Counted from the stretch's first letter, positions 50,327 through 60,634 are shown. The stretch: 64,000 bases of DNA from Oscillatoriales cyanobacterium (GCA_004292955.1 RDXX01000023.1:7673-71672); one strand, 5' to 3'. The notes: a model not told the origin generated them from the letters alone. Numbers and translations are program-made.

Positions 50327-50704
50327 TTGAGGGAAGGGTCAGTGATTCATATTGATCAAAAAACCCACACGCTATCTGACGGTACAACAGTTATCGTCTT
50401 AGCACCGACAGGACGGTTGGACATCACGACAGCTTGGCAATTCCGCCTCAAGTTGCAAGAGTGTATTTCCAAACTCAGCCGTCATGTCGTCGTGAATCTT
50501 GGTCAGGTAAACTTTATCGATAGTTCTGGCCTGACCTCGTTGGTAGCCGGTATGCGCGATGCGGATAAAGTTAAGGGCAGTTTCCGCATTTGCAATGTTC
50601 ATCCAGAAGCCAAACTGGTGTTTGAAGTGACCATGATGGATTCTGTCTTTGAAATATTTGAAACAGAAGAAGAAGCTCTAGAGGGGGTGCCGCGCGCAAG
50701 TTAA
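50327..50704 (+). CDS. STAS-domain anti-sigma-factor antagonist
   Basis: GRLDITTA, VNFIDSSGL phosphorylation motif. Confidence 0.93.
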   Translation: MREGSVIHIDQKTHTLSDGTTVIVLAPTGRLDITTAWQFRLKLQECISKLSRHVVVNLGQVNFIDSSGLTSLVAGMRDADKVKGSFRICNVHPEAKLVFEVTMMDSVFEIFETEEEALEGVPRAS

Positions 50705-50705
50705 G

Positions 50706-50905
50706 AAAACCGGGCGGTTGAAACCGCTTCTACACAAACAAAACCTGCCTCCGCAGGTTGAAGAAGACCGGGCGATTGAAATCGCGTCTACACAAACTTG
50801 CACGTGTCTGGTGCAGGTTAAAGACCGGGCGGTGAAAATTACGCGATCTTCTTCTTTAGTCCGCGGAGGCGGACTTTGTTTCTGTAGACGCGGTTTCAAC
50901 CGCCG
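50706..50905. repeat. Cluster of GTAGA(A/C)GCGGTTTCAACCGCC REP-like units between convergent genes
   Basis: Three direct units of about 58 bp plus one inverted unit. Confidence 0.8.
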
Positions 50906-51546
50906 TCCGATCCGATCCCAAGCGTATTGGCAAATATTTCAGAAGCAAAATCCTGACGCTTGACAAATCTAAAAGGGCCCATTAAAGCTCCCCAGATAGC
51001 CTTACCTGTCGTGGGGTTTATTCCTTTGTCGTAGCTGAGAAATTCCTCGTCTGCGGCTTCAAATCCCAAGTCTACTTGGTAAGTTTGCCCATCGTAGGTA
51101 AAGCAGCAACGAGTTCCCTCCGGCAGAGATGCCCGAAATCGATAGCGGTTTGAGCCTAAATTTTGCACCGCAACCGAGAGGGTGCAGCCGGGAAGAAGTT
51201 CGACTTGCTCGCCCTTGAGTTTTGCCAGTAAGTCGGGGTTGCGACCGGCTCCTTTGACGGCTGCGATATCCTTGAACATATAATACTGAGCTTCTATAAG
51301 TTCCGGCGCTGTCTTCACGTGCCTCAGTTGCACGATGCGGGGACGGTAGGGCTTGTCTAATTCTAGAATATTGGCTTGTTCGGCAAACAGGGCAATGCTG
51401 GGTTCGTCCAAGAGAGGCACGGGCAGGGGTCTTTGCCAAAAACGCAGGTGGACGTACCACGCCGGATCTGCTAGCGCTTGTTCTTGGTTGTCAAATTCGC
51501 CCGCCATGTATTGGGCTAAAGCTCTTAATTCAGGAGAAATTGTCAT
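50896..51546 (-). CDS. cpcT: CpcT/CpeT-family phycobiliprotein chromophore lyase
   Basis: GEFDNQEQA, PYRPR, LPGC, FLSYDKG..WG; likely start MTISPEL at 51546. Confidence 0.88.
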   Translation of the reverse strand: MTISPELRALAQYMAGEFDNQEQALADPAWYVHLRFWQRPLPVPLLDEPSIALFAEQANILELDKPYRPRIVQLRHVKTAPELIEAQYYMFKDIAAVKGAGRNPDLLAKLKGEQVELLPGCTLSVAVQNLGSNRYRFRASLPEGTRCCFTYDGQTYQVDLGFEAADEEFLSYDKGINPTTGKAIWGALMGPFRFVKRQDFASEIFANTLGIGSDGG

Positions 51547-51888
51547 GTTCGTTCGATTTTTGAGGATTGGGCTTGACAATAAAATTTGATTGTGGTAAGG
51601 GTTGCCCGAAGAGGGCCGGGCAAGTCAGAAGATGGGATTTATCAGCGATCCCAGAAGAGCTATGATTGTAAAGATACTTGGCTTTTGCCATCGTATTGCG
51701 ACAGATTAATTGTTGCTGCCGATCGCCCGCAAAATCTTCCAGGGTAAAATTTTGCCTCGCAGTCTCGGCTGCACAGTTAAAAAAAACTGGCAAATTTTGC
51801 CAGGGAGATCGCCAATCGACTCTCCCGACTTTACTCATGCCGCGCTGGTCCACCTGTGGCGGCACAATTATTTATCTATAAAACTCAG

Positions 51889-52602
51889 GTGAACAAGAAC
51901 CGTACTGTTTCAGATACTAAGCGAAGTTTCTATACGATTCACACTCGACCGATTAACTCAATTTACCGTCGAGTGGTGGAAGAGTTGATGGTAGAAATGC
52001 ACTTGCTTTCGGCGAATGTAGATTTTCAATACGACCCGATTTATGCTTTGGGCGTGGTGACAGCTTTCGATCGATTCATGCTCGGGTACGCCCCAGAAGC
52101 AGACAGACTTTCGATTTTTAACGCTTTGTGCAAAGCCCTAGAAGACGATCCCGATCGCTACAAGCAAGACGCTCACAGATTGGAAAGCTTGGCCGATCGC
52201 CTTGGAGGGTCTGAGTTGCTCTCGTGGCTCGATCGCTCCACCAGCTTTGAAGATACAGGAGATTTGCAAGCGTCCTTAGGGGCGATCGCCAGCAACGCTC
52301 AATTTAAGTACAGTCGCTTATTTGCGATCGGTTTGTTCTCGCTGTTAGAAAAAGCTGACCCCGAAATGGTAAAAAACCAAGAAACTCGCAACGAGGCGAT
52401 CGGCAAAATCAGTGCAGCTTTGCATTTACCTGAAGACAAAGTTAGCAAAGATTTAGATTTGTACCGCAGCAATTTGGAAAAAATGGCCCAAGCGCGAATA
52501 GTGCTTCAAGATGTCATCCAAGCTGAACGGAAAAAACGTGAAAAACGAGAAACAAAAGTTACTGCCGGCCCCTCCGCAGACTCTTCTGAGAGCAATAATT
52601 AA
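51889..52602 (+). CDS. psb29: Photosystem II biogenesis protein Psb29/THF1
   Basis: RTVSDTKRSFY..HTRPINSIYRRVVEELMVEMHLL, FKYSRLFAIGL; GTG start at 51889. Confidence 0.96.
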   Translation: MNKNRTVSDTKRSFYTIHTRPINSIYRRVVEELMVEMHLLSANVDFQYDPIYALGVVTAFDRFMLGYAPEADRLSIFNALCKALEDDPDRYKQDAHRLESLADRLGGSELLSWLDRSTSFEDTGDLQASLGAIASNAQFKYSRLFAIGLFSLLEKADPEMVKNQETRNEAIGKISAALHLPEDKVSKDLDLYRSNLEKMAQARIVLQDVIQAERKKREKRETKVTAGPSADSSESNN

Positions 52603-52643
52603 TTGTTTGAAGTCATTAGTCATTAGTCATTAGTCAGAAGGAA

Positions 52644-52697
52644 AAGGGAATTGTTTGTTTTAGGTGGCAAACAAACAATTCCTTTAATTTTTTTTTC
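52644..52697 (+). terminator. Likely intrinsic terminator after psb29
   Basis: AAGGGAATTGTTTGTTT...AAACAAACAATTCCTT stem followed by a T-run. Confidence 0.65.
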
Positions 52698-52871
52698 AAT
52701 TGTGACGGATGTCTTGTGACCAAAAAGAATTGGTTTAAAGCCGGAATCCCGATCGGGAGAAATTAAAATCAGACGATTCATTACTCCAATCCCACATCCC
52801 CCTTCCTTCTGCTGTCAACTGTCAACTGTCAACTGTCAACTGTCAACTGTCAACTGTTTCTGGCTCAAAAA

Positions 52872-52903
52872 CTAAAAATCCCGCTTTTTGAATTGAGCGG
52901 GAT
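52872..52903 (-). terminator. Likely intrinsic terminator after the ComFB-domain gene
   Basis: ATCCCGCT...AGCGGGAT stem followed by T-run on the minus strand. Confidence 0.6.
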
Positions 52904-52937
52904 CGACTTAACCAAAATAGAGCTGTTGGACGTGGTA

Positions 52938-53480
52938 CTACGGCTGCGGCTCAAAATTAACGGCGTTAGCTTGCAGCCAATTGCTGAGATTTGACAGAAC
53001 TTCGGTTCCAGAAGACGGCTTACCCAAAGCTGTGGGGTTTACGGGTTCAGGTCTGACCAAGTTGCGGTCGATCGCTGCGTTGACTTCTTTGGAAATCAAA
53101 TCGTGAAGCTGCTCTTTAGCCCTAGCCCTTTGAAAGTGAGCTCCCTCTTCCGTCGTAGCGTACAGAGGGGGCAGCCTATTTAAAGCATAAGCCGCAATAT
53201 CTCCCACATCCAGACTCTGCTCGCTGCTCGCCGCCTCAATTTCTGCCACCCTGGCGATCGCCTCGCTAAGCACCAACTCTTCCATCACATTGATGAACTG
53301 TTTGCGTGGCAGAACCACCACTTCTCCGGTCAACAAAGCTCCCATCAGGCGATCGAGAGCCATGTACTCTTCGATCGACAATTCAGAAGCCGTATTGCAG
53401 ATTCGTCCCACCTCAGCTTCCATAGACGGCGTTAAATAGCCGTCTTGCAAAGCCTGTTCAACAATTTTTTCAATACTCAT
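52938..53480 (-). CDS. ComFB-domain protein (CdgR-like c-di-NMP receptor family)
   Basis: NVMEELV...DIAAYALNRLPPLYAT ComFB signature. Confidence 0.85.
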   Translation of the reverse strand: MSIEKIVEQALQDGYLTPSMEAEVGRICNTASELSIEEYMALDRLMGALLTGEVVVLPRKQFINVMEELVLSEAIARVAEIEAASSEQSLDVGDIAAYALNRLPPLYATTEEGAHFQRARAKEQLHDLISKEVNAAIDRNLVRPEPVNPTALGKPSSGTEVLSNLSNWLQANAVNFEPQP

Positions 53481-53692
53481 ATATGCTTCCCGCTCAACGG
53501 CATCATTAATACAGTTTTGTTTTGTAAAGACGCAATTGCTGGCGTCTTGAGATTCGAGTTTTGAGGCTTGAGTTGAGAATTTTTGTACAAATCATAACCC
53601 AATAGTGATAACCCAGAACAGTTATCTACACACCCCAGCCACAAACTTACCCCATAATTGACTTTTAAATTCGTCAAAATCGGTAAAAAGTC

Positions 53693-54631
53693 CTACTCAA
53701 CTCCCTGAAGCCGCCAAGGTACCGGATCGACAGACTGCCCGTGCACGTAAAGTCCCCAGTGCAGGTGAGGGCCTGTCGAAGCCCCCGTTGACCCCAAAGC
53801 ACCAATTACTTGACCCGCTTTCACGAAATCGCCTTCCTTGACATCAATCCGGCTGAGGTGCATCAAAATACTTGCTACCCCTTGACCGTGGTCGATACCA
53901 ACTACATTACCGTGGATTTTGAACCCTTGGGATTCGCGTCCCACGAGAGACACGCGACCGGCAGCCGGTGCAACTACAGGGGAACCGTAAGCGCCCGCGT
54001 AATCGACGCCGCGGTGGTAGTAGTCCTTAGCAAATACCCCATTATAGTACCGACGCACGCCGTAAATAGTGGTAATTTCGCCGGAGTTGGGGCGCAACAA
54101 TTTGCCATCCCAAAATTTTTGAGGTGTCACAAGTGCTTTAAAGGCGTCTACGCGATCGAATTCGGCATCGGTACCTTCACTGTCTTTCCCAGGCGGCAGC
54201 CAGATGGATTGAGTCGGAAAATCTCGATCGCGCACTTGCACATTCAACTTCTGCACTTGTCCGTCACCGGAGACTTGAACAACGCGCGCACCGGGTTTCT
54301 CCAGTGGTGTCGTCGGTAGCAGGGCCCGAAAGCGATTATTGCCGATCGGAAACGCGGGGTAATTTTTTTGCAGTACAGAAACCGTTGGAGTTGCGCTGCT
54401 GCTGTTTACCTGAATGATTACCGACAGCGTATCACCCAGTTCAGGATTTGGCGGCGTCACCTGCACCTGCAAAGCTTGCACAGGCGATACCAGACTGAGA
54501 ATGCTGGCAACAATTGGGCCAGTCAAAATCGCCCTGTTTATGTTTGCCTTCAATAGCCTACACTCCCAAATAGCACTCGCAACTATTTTGGCACTTTGTC
54601 CCCAGTTAGCTCGATTCGCAGTTGCTGTCAT
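53693..54631 (-). CDS. M23-family metallopeptidase
   Basis: HRGVDY, MHLS, GPHLHWG. Confidence 0.95.
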   Translation of the reverse strand: MTATANRANWGQSAKIVASAIWECRLLKANINRAILTGPIVASILSLVSPVQALQVQVTPPNPELGDTLSVIIQVNSSSATPTVSVLQKNYPAFPIGNNRFRALLPTTPLEKPGARVVQVSGDGQVQKLNVQVRDRDFPTQSIWLPPGKDSEGTDAEFDRVDAFKALVTPQKFWDGKLLRPNSGEITTIYGVRRYYNGVFAKDYYHRGVDYAGAYGSPVVAPAAGRVSLVGRESQGFKIHGNVVGIDHGQGVASILMHLSRIDVKEGDFVKAGQVIGALGSTGASTGPHLHWGLYVHGQSVDPVPWRLQGVE

Positions 54632-54866
54632 TACCGATATCCTTAACCTTTGTCTAGCTAATGTTACACAAAGTAGCTAAATTTAGCACGCTTTGACTCA
54701 AAAAGGTAAAGGACTATTAAGACTTACGCAAAGTACGCGAATGTAGCGTGAGTTAGCGGAGCGTAACGCACTATTTGTCTTATTTGTAGCGTTGGTAAGT
54801 TTTGAATATTTGACATAGCTATTAAGTAAATGCCACAGTGGTTAATCATACAGAGGTCAAAATGCC

Positions 54867-55994
54867 ATGCCAAATGAGCAAAATCAACCTGGAGAATATG
54901 ATGCCGTCCTTGGCGGTCAAAATTCAACTCCTGTCGATGCGGCGGTACTGGGAGGAATTACAGGCGTTAAAAGCCGCTTAGCCTCACCCGCTGTCGAAGT
55001 CAGAATCGCTGCACTATCTGAGGCGCTCCAATATGGAGAAGCTGGCTTAGACTTGCTTCTTCAAGGACTGAATGATAAATCGCTACAAGTAAAATTTGCG
55101 GTTTACAATTTGCTAAAAGATCGAGATGAATCAAAGATAAAATGGCAATTAAATAATTTTTTTTATACCTTTAATTTTGATGTCATCACGGTAGACCACT
55201 ACAGCGGCAACGAAAATAGTCGTTGTGTTAAGTCGGCTCAAGTTTTTAATGAAGACTTAGGTGACAAACTTGCACTTCAGATGGTTTATATTCCTGGTGG
55301 CAAATTCGAGATGGGTGCGTCACATCTTGGAAGTGAGCAAAAGCCGTCGCATCAAGTAACGATTCAACCTGTCTTTATGGCGGAATATACAGTTAATCAA
55401 GCACAGTGGGAAAGGGTAATGAAAAGTAATCCCTCTCATTTTAAAGGAGCTAAACGACCTGTCGAACAAGTATCATGGGATGAAGCTATCGAATTTTGCG
55501 ATCGGCTTACTCAAAAAACAGGCAATAGTTATCGTTTACCTTCAGAAGCAGAATGGGAATATGCTTGTCGCGCTGGAACGAACACAGACTTCTATTTTGG
55601 TTCGACAATTACAACGGATTTGGTTAATACTAGCTTTGATGTGCCTTATACGTCAAGTTTTCCTGCTTTCGAGGGTCTAGATACTGACTATGCTTTTATA
55701 CATCGCAGTAATCAAACAACTAATAATGGGAAATTTTATCCGAATAGTTTTGGACTCTACGATATGCACGGAAATGTTTGGGAATGGTGCAGTGATTGCT
55801 ACCACTCTAACTATAACGGGGCCCCCTCTGACGGAAGTTCCTGGGAAATAGGTGGATCGGAGAATCAACGGATGTTGCGTGGAGGCTCTTGGGATAGTGA
55901 TAGCTCCAAGTGCTCTAGTTTGTATCGTTACTCTCTCTCGCGCGACAGCCGGAGGAATGACATTGGTTTTCGCGTTGTTATTGACCTTGTGTGA
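54867..55994 (+). CDS. Formylglycine-generating-enzyme (SUMF1) domain protein with cyanobacterial N-terminal helical module
   Basis: RLPSEAEWEYACRAG, GLYDMHGNVWEWC, RGGSW, GFRV. Confidence 0.92.
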   Translation: MPNEQNQPGEYDAVLGGQNSTPVDAAVLGGITGVKSRLASPAVEVRIAALSEALQYGEAGLDLLLQGLNDKSLQVKFAVYNLLKDRDESKIKWQLNNFFYTFNFDVITVDHYSGNENSRCVKSAQVFNEDLGDKLALQMVYIPGGKFEMGASHLGSEQKPSHQVTIQPVFMAEYTVNQAQWERVMKSNPSHFKGAKRPVEQVSWDEAIEFCDRLTQKTGNSYRLPSEAEWEYACRAGTNTDFYFGSTITTDLVNTSFDVPYTSSFPAFEGLDTDYAFIHRSNQTTNNGKFYPNSFGLYDMHGNVWEWCSDCYHSNYNGAPSDGSSWEIGGSENQRMLRGGSWDSDSSKCSSLYRYSLSRDSRRNDIGFRVVIDLV

Positions 55995-56010
55995 ATGATT
56001 CCACACAATA

Positions 56011-56240
56011 GTAGGGTGCGTCGCCTTCTAAAATATGCAAATTCCAGCGAAAATGTCACAGCGACGCACCATCCAATTGTAGGGTGCGGATTCTTCTAAA
56101 ATATGCAAATTCGATCGACAATCTCACAGCGACGCACCATGGAAAATAAAGTGCGATCGAACTAATTAAACCCTGTGGTGCGTCGCTTTTAGATTTTTCG
56201 ATTTTTTACCGAGATTCTGGATTGCGACGCACCCTACACC
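56011..56240. repeat. Tandem GTAGGGTGCGTCGC...GCGACGCACC REP-like doublets
   Basis: Two similar units of about 68 bp plus a third doublet, between convergent genes. Confidence 0.8.
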
Positions 56241-56330
56241 TCAAAATCCCCCCCTGCTGACGTATTGCGGTAAATCGATCGCAAGTTAAGCTCGATCGCA
56301 CCGCACATCTCACAGATCCGCACCCTACAA

Positions 56331-57422
56331 TTAGCTGGCTTGCGCCTTCGGAAGAAACATTTTTTCAACAATATTTTTCCGCAGATAAACTGTCAATGGT
56401 TTTTCGATGAAAGAGTAGAATATGCAGCCGACAACTACAGCAAACAATGCCACCATAGCCGGAGCAAAGAAACCGTCGAAATATTTTCCTAAATTTGCCT
56501 TTTGCACAATTTTTGTAGTTGCTGATATCACCGGGCTGTGGAGCAGAAATATTGAATATGAGGCATCGCCCAGGAAAATTAAAAGATAAGGAAGTCTCGG
56601 AGAATCCTTAAGGTCGATCGAAGTTGCAGCAACGATTAATATAGCTGCCAGCACTGCAAAAGTCTTGATCCGATCGAACTCAATGTTGCCCCAAGCCACA
56701 AACAGTCCTAAAATAACATATCCTAAATTTGCTATCCCAAATAATATCCATCTGTAATTAGTAATCTTATTGTTATATTTAAGCACGATATACGCAGCCA
56801 AGCCACCCAAAACAAATTCTAGATTCATATTGCCAAATACTAGATTCAGCAAGAAAAAAGCATCGGGAAATGTTACTACTTTAGAAAAATGTAGAAGTGT
56901 GACAAATAGCCAAGCCGACAGCAGAGGCACAGACTGTTTAGGTTTTAGCCAGATAGCTATGCTGAACAATACATAAAAATAAATTTCGTAAACTAAAGTC
57001 CAACCTACATCGAGAATTGGCTTGCCATATTGAGGAATCAATAGCAGCGACAGAATTATCTTGTCCAAACTTAAGTCTTGAGCATTAGCAAAACCTGGAA
57101 TCAGTAGAAAGAAAAACACAACTGTCAGAGTAATTATCCAGTAGATTGGGTAAATTCGCACGCAGCGCTTGACTAAAAATGATTTTAACTGGTCTTTTTT
57201 ACCGATCGCCGATCGGTGAACGTAGACCATGATAAAACCGCTCAATACAAAAAAGTAATCAACACCACTCCACCCAGCCTGAAATAAATTAAAAAAAGTA
57301 ACTTGATTTAATCTTTCCGTGCTCATCTGGTTGACGTGAAACATTACCACCAATAAAGCCCCAATCCCTCGATAAACTTGCAAGAGATTAAGCTTTTTGT
57401 GAGGATTTGAACTCTTTGTCAT
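56331..57422 (-). CDS. Acyltransferase-3 (OafA-like) membrane acyltransferase
   Basis: RGIGALLVVMFH, GVDYFFVLSGFIM, RIYP, WTLVYEIYFY, SYSIFLLH. Confidence 0.92.
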   Translation of the reverse strand: MTKSSNPHKKLNLLQVYRGIGALLVVMFHVNQMSTERLNQVTFFNLFQAGWSGVDYFFVLSGFIMVYVHRSAIGKKDQLKSFLVKRCVRIYPIYWIITLTVVFFFLLIPGFANAQDLSLDKIILSLLLIPQYGKPILDVGWTLVYEIYFYVLFSIAIWLKPKQSVPLLSAWLFVTLLHFSKVVTFPDAFFLLNLVFGNMNLEFVLGGLAAYIVLKYNNKITNYRWILFGIANLGYVILGLFVAWGNIEFDRIKTFAVLAAILIVAATSIDLKDSPRLPYLLIFLGDASYSIFLLHSPVISATTKIVQKANLGKYFDGFFAPAMVALFAVVVGCIFYSFIEKPLTVYLRKNIVEKMFLPKAQAS

Positions 57423-57541
57423 TAGAAAATACCTTGTTCAAGAGTGGCAGTTGGGCTTGCTACTCAACTATAGTCAACGCCCCCCAACATAGTCAACACA
57501 TTAAACACTATAATATAACTTTACACTTTTTTCATAAAGTT

Positions 57542-59857
57542 GTGCAAGAAGACTTCCGACTGATTGTTGACTTAGTTCTAGTTCTCGCTGCTGCCGCAGC
57601 AGGAGGACTCTTTGCATCGTTGTTGCGACAGCCGGTAATTCTCGGATACCTCCTGGGAGGGATCGTAGTTGGGCCGGCCGGTTTGGGGCTGATTAAAGAA
57701 TTAGTTCAGGTAGACACCCTGGCAGAATTTGGTGTGGCTTTTCTGTTGTTTGCTTTGGGAGTAGAGTTTTCATTCGCCGAACTAAATCGAGTTAAAGCAA
57801 TTAGTCTGGGCGGGGGGGGCTTGCAAATTGTGCTGACGATCGCCATTACTACTGCAATTTCCTTGGGTGTAGGCTGGGTAGAATCCCCTGCCCAAGGGGT
57901 GTTTTTAGGGGCGATCCTGTCGCTTTCCTCGACGGCGGTTGTACTCAAATGCTTGATGGAACGCAATGAAGGCGGTACTTCCCACGGACAAGTCATGCTG
58001 GGAATCTTGGTAGTTCAAGATTTGGCTTTGGGGCTAATGCTGGCAGTTTTGCCGGCCCTCAATCAGCCCGCAGAGGCGATCGGCATGACGGTAGTCTGGG
58101 CCCTGGTGCGGATCGGATTATTTGCTGCGGGTGCAGTAGTAGCGGGCATTTGGATCGTACCGCAGTTGCTGCGCTACCTCGCGAGAACAGAAAGCCGGGA
58201 ACTGTTTTTGCTGGGAGTTGTGGTTTTGGCTTTAGGGATTGCGCTGCTGACAGAATATCTGGGTTTCTCGATCGAGATGGGCGCATTTGTGGCGGGTTTA
58301 ATGATTTCGGAGGTGGAATATGCCGACCAAACTCTAACTTATGTCGAGCCTTTGCGAGATATTTTTGCATCCTTATTTTTTGTTACCATCGGAATGTTAA
58401 TCGACCCGGTGTTTCTCTGGAACCATCTAGAGTTAATTCTAGGACTGGTATTTCTAGTATTTGTCGGCAAATTCTTGATTGTAACGCCGATCGTCCGATT
58501 ATTTGGCTATCCCCTAAAAACAGCATTAATCGCAGGTTTGGGCTTAGCTCAAATCGGAGAATTTTCCTTTGTACTCGCTAGTTCTGGCCAAGCTATGGGA
58601 CTGGTTTCGCGAAACGTTTACCTATTAATTTTAGGAACGACAGCAGTCACCTTGGTGCTGACGCCGTTTGTATTGAGAAGCGTGCCACAGTTATTCAAGT
58701 GGGCGGAAAATTTCGGGCCTTTGCAGCGCTATTTTGACCAAACATCTCAACCTGTCGAAATAGCTGAAACTTTGCCGGAACAAAATCATGTTGTGGTTTG
58801 TGGCTACGGGCGAGTTGGCAGAAATTTAGTCAAAGTGCTGCAAAGCCGCAACTGTTCAATTGTGGTAATCGACGAGTCGGAAAGCAGAATTCAAGAATGC
58901 AGAGTGTCAGGAATTCCTTACATTTACGGGAATGCTGCTAGCTTGCACGTATTGGAAGCCGCCGGGGTAGAACGCGCCAAAGCAATGGCGATTACTCTTC
59001 CCGATCCGATGAGCACTCGCTTGTGTCTGAAGCGGGCTTTAGAATTAGTCCCGGATTTGGATATTGTGGTGCGCGCCAACAAAGATAAAGATATTGAACT
59101 GCTTTACCAACTGGGGGCTTGGGAAGTTGTGCAGCCGGAGTTTGAGGCTAGTTTAGAACTGTCTGCCCACTTGCTAGCTGGTATGGGTTTGTCAGCAATG
59201 GCTATTGGGCGAGATGTGCAGCAAATTCGCAGCAGCCGCTATCTGGAATTGCGGCCGGCGCGGGAACCTTTGGCGGTTTCGCGGGATTTGAAAGTGGCGG
59301 TTCGAGATCTCAACGGCGATTGGTACAACTTACCGGAGGGCTCTCCCATTGGTGGGATGACTCTGGAAGAAACTAACTTGCGGCAGTTGACAGGGGTCAG
59401 TGTGATGGCGATCGTCCGCGAAGATGGCGAGGAAATTGATTATCCTAACGGGAAGGCTGCTTTGCTGTCGGGCGATCGACTTTTGGTCGTTGGTGAACCG
59501 GAAGAACTGATCAGTTTTGAGTTGCTGGCGAAGGGCGAAGTTGCTGTCCCCGAGGGCGACAGTTCTTGTCAGTGGTTGAGGTTACCAGCCAACAGTCCTT
59601 GGGTTGGCCAAAAACTGTCAGAGGTAGATTTGCTCACTCAGTATGGGGTGCAGGTGCGGGCGATCCGCCGGGAAGGGAAGTTTACTCGCTGGCCGGATGG
59701 AACTACTGATTTGCAAGAGGGCGATCGTTTGCTGCTGTGCGGCGGCTTCTACGAGCTCGGCTTGATGCAGCGGACGGCCTCGCCTCCGCTGCCGCAACCA
59801 GCCTTAAAGCTGCCTTTTGTCACCGCCCAAGTTAGCGAAAAGCTATTTAGCGATTAG
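57542..59857 (+). CDS. CPA2/KefC-like cation:proton antiporter with TrkA-N and two TrkA-C (RCK) domains
   Basis: LSSTAVV, LVVQD, VCGYGRVG; GTG start at 57542. Confidence 0.92.
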   Translation: MQEDFRLIVDLVLVLAAAAAGGLFASLLRQPVILGYLLGGIVVGPAGLGLIKELVQVDTLAEFGVAFLLFALGVEFSFAELNRVKAISLGGGGLQIVLTIAITTAISLGVGWVESPAQGVFLGAILSLSSTAVVLKCLMERNEGGTSHGQVMLGILVVQDLALGLMLAVLPALNQPAEAIGMTVVWALVRIGLFAAGAVVAGIWIVPQLLRYLARTESRELFLLGVVVLALGIALLTEYLGFSIEMGAFVAGLMISEVEYADQTLTYVEPLRDIFASLFFVTIGMLIDPVFLWNHLELILGLVFLVFVGKFLIVTPIVRLFGYPLKTALIAGLGLAQIGEFSFVLASSGQAMGLVSRNVYLLILGTTAVTLVLTPFVLRSVPQLFKWAENFGPLQRYFDQTSQPVEIAETLPEQNHVVVCGYGRVGRNLVKVLQSRNCSIVVIDESESRIQECRVSGIPYIYGNAASLHVLEAAGVERAKAMAITLPDPMSTRLCLKRALELVPDLDIVVRANKDKDIELLYQLGAWEVVQPEFEASLELSAHLLAGMGLSAMAIGRDVQQIRSSRYLELRPAREPLAVSRDLKVAVRDLNGDWYNLPEGSPIGGMTLEETNLRQLTGVSVMAIVREDGEEIDYPNGKAALLSGDRLLVVGEPEELISFELLAKGEVAVPEGDSSCQWLRLPANSPWVGQKLSEVDLLTQYGVQVRAIRREGKFTRWPDGTTDLQEGDRLLLCGGFYELGLMQRTASPPLPQPALKLPFVTAQVSEKLFSD

Positions 59858-60026
59858 TCATGGGGCATGGGGCATCGGGCATGGGGCATCGGGCATCGGG
59901 CATCGGGCATCGGGCATCGGGCATGGGGCATTGGTGCTGTCCGCGCGATCGAACGTTATTAGTCAGACGGAAGACGGAAGAGGAAAGACGGAAGAGGGAA
60001 GCCCTGTAGGGGATGTAACGGATGTA

Positions 60027-60148
60027 ATATCAAATCCGGTAGCATCGGAATAATATATTTCAATTATGTAGTGCGAGCGTCTCGCTCGCGATTGGTTCGC
60101 GAGCGAGACGCTCGCACTATATAACTCCGATGCACCCGGAAACGATAT
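60027..60148. mobile_element. MITE (ATATC-A/G-TCCGGT-GCAT-GGA ends) carrying a long internal palindrome
   Basis: TIRs and internal TAGTGCGAGCGTCTCGCTCGCGA...TCGCGAGCGAGACGCTCGCACTA. Confidence 0.75.
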
Positions 60149-60210
60149 AACGGATGGAAGGAAGAGCGAACAGGAAAGATTTTCCCCCTCTCCCCCTCTC
60201 CCCCTCTTCT

Positions 60211-60423
60211 TCACGCGTTGGGTTTGAGATAAGCAATTGCCGATCGCGAGATCAGAATTTGTGTTTCTGAGGCATCGAGGAGGCAAATGCAGCTATGATC
60301 CTGCCAAAAAATTCTGCCGGCTAACAAGTCGCCAGTCATCAGTTTGATCTCTAACTGTTCTTTGTCTTTGATGTAGCTTTGTATTAAGCGAACGCTGGGC
60401 AATCCGGTCTCAAATTCAGACAT
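60211..60423 (-). CDS. hfq: Cyanobacterial Hfq-like RNA-binding protein
   Basis: TGLPSVRLIQ..IK....EIKLMTGD...GRIFWQD; divergent from dapF as in other cyanobacteria. Confidence 0.9.
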   Translation of the reverse strand: MSEFETGLPSVRLIQSYIKDKEQLEIKLMTGDLLAGRIFWQDHSCICLLDASETQILISRSAIAYLKPNA

Positions 60424-60634
60424 ACTGGGAAATGGGTAAATTGGTTATTAGTCATTAATCATTAGTCATTAGTCATCGGTCATTAGTGCTGTCCCCGATC
60501 GCGAACAGCATTAGTCATTTTTTTGCTATCAACTGTCAACTGCTTGCGGGTTCGCGTAGACGAAGGGTCAACTGCTTTACCCGATCGCCCTTCGGCTACG
60601 CGAGCGGATAAACGCAGTCGTTGGGTCAACTATT

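Noticed and set aside
50706-50905. Possible mini-CRISPR (repeat plus 35-bp spacers)
   Set aside because: Spacers are related to each other, the last unit is inverted and units carry GTAG REP ends
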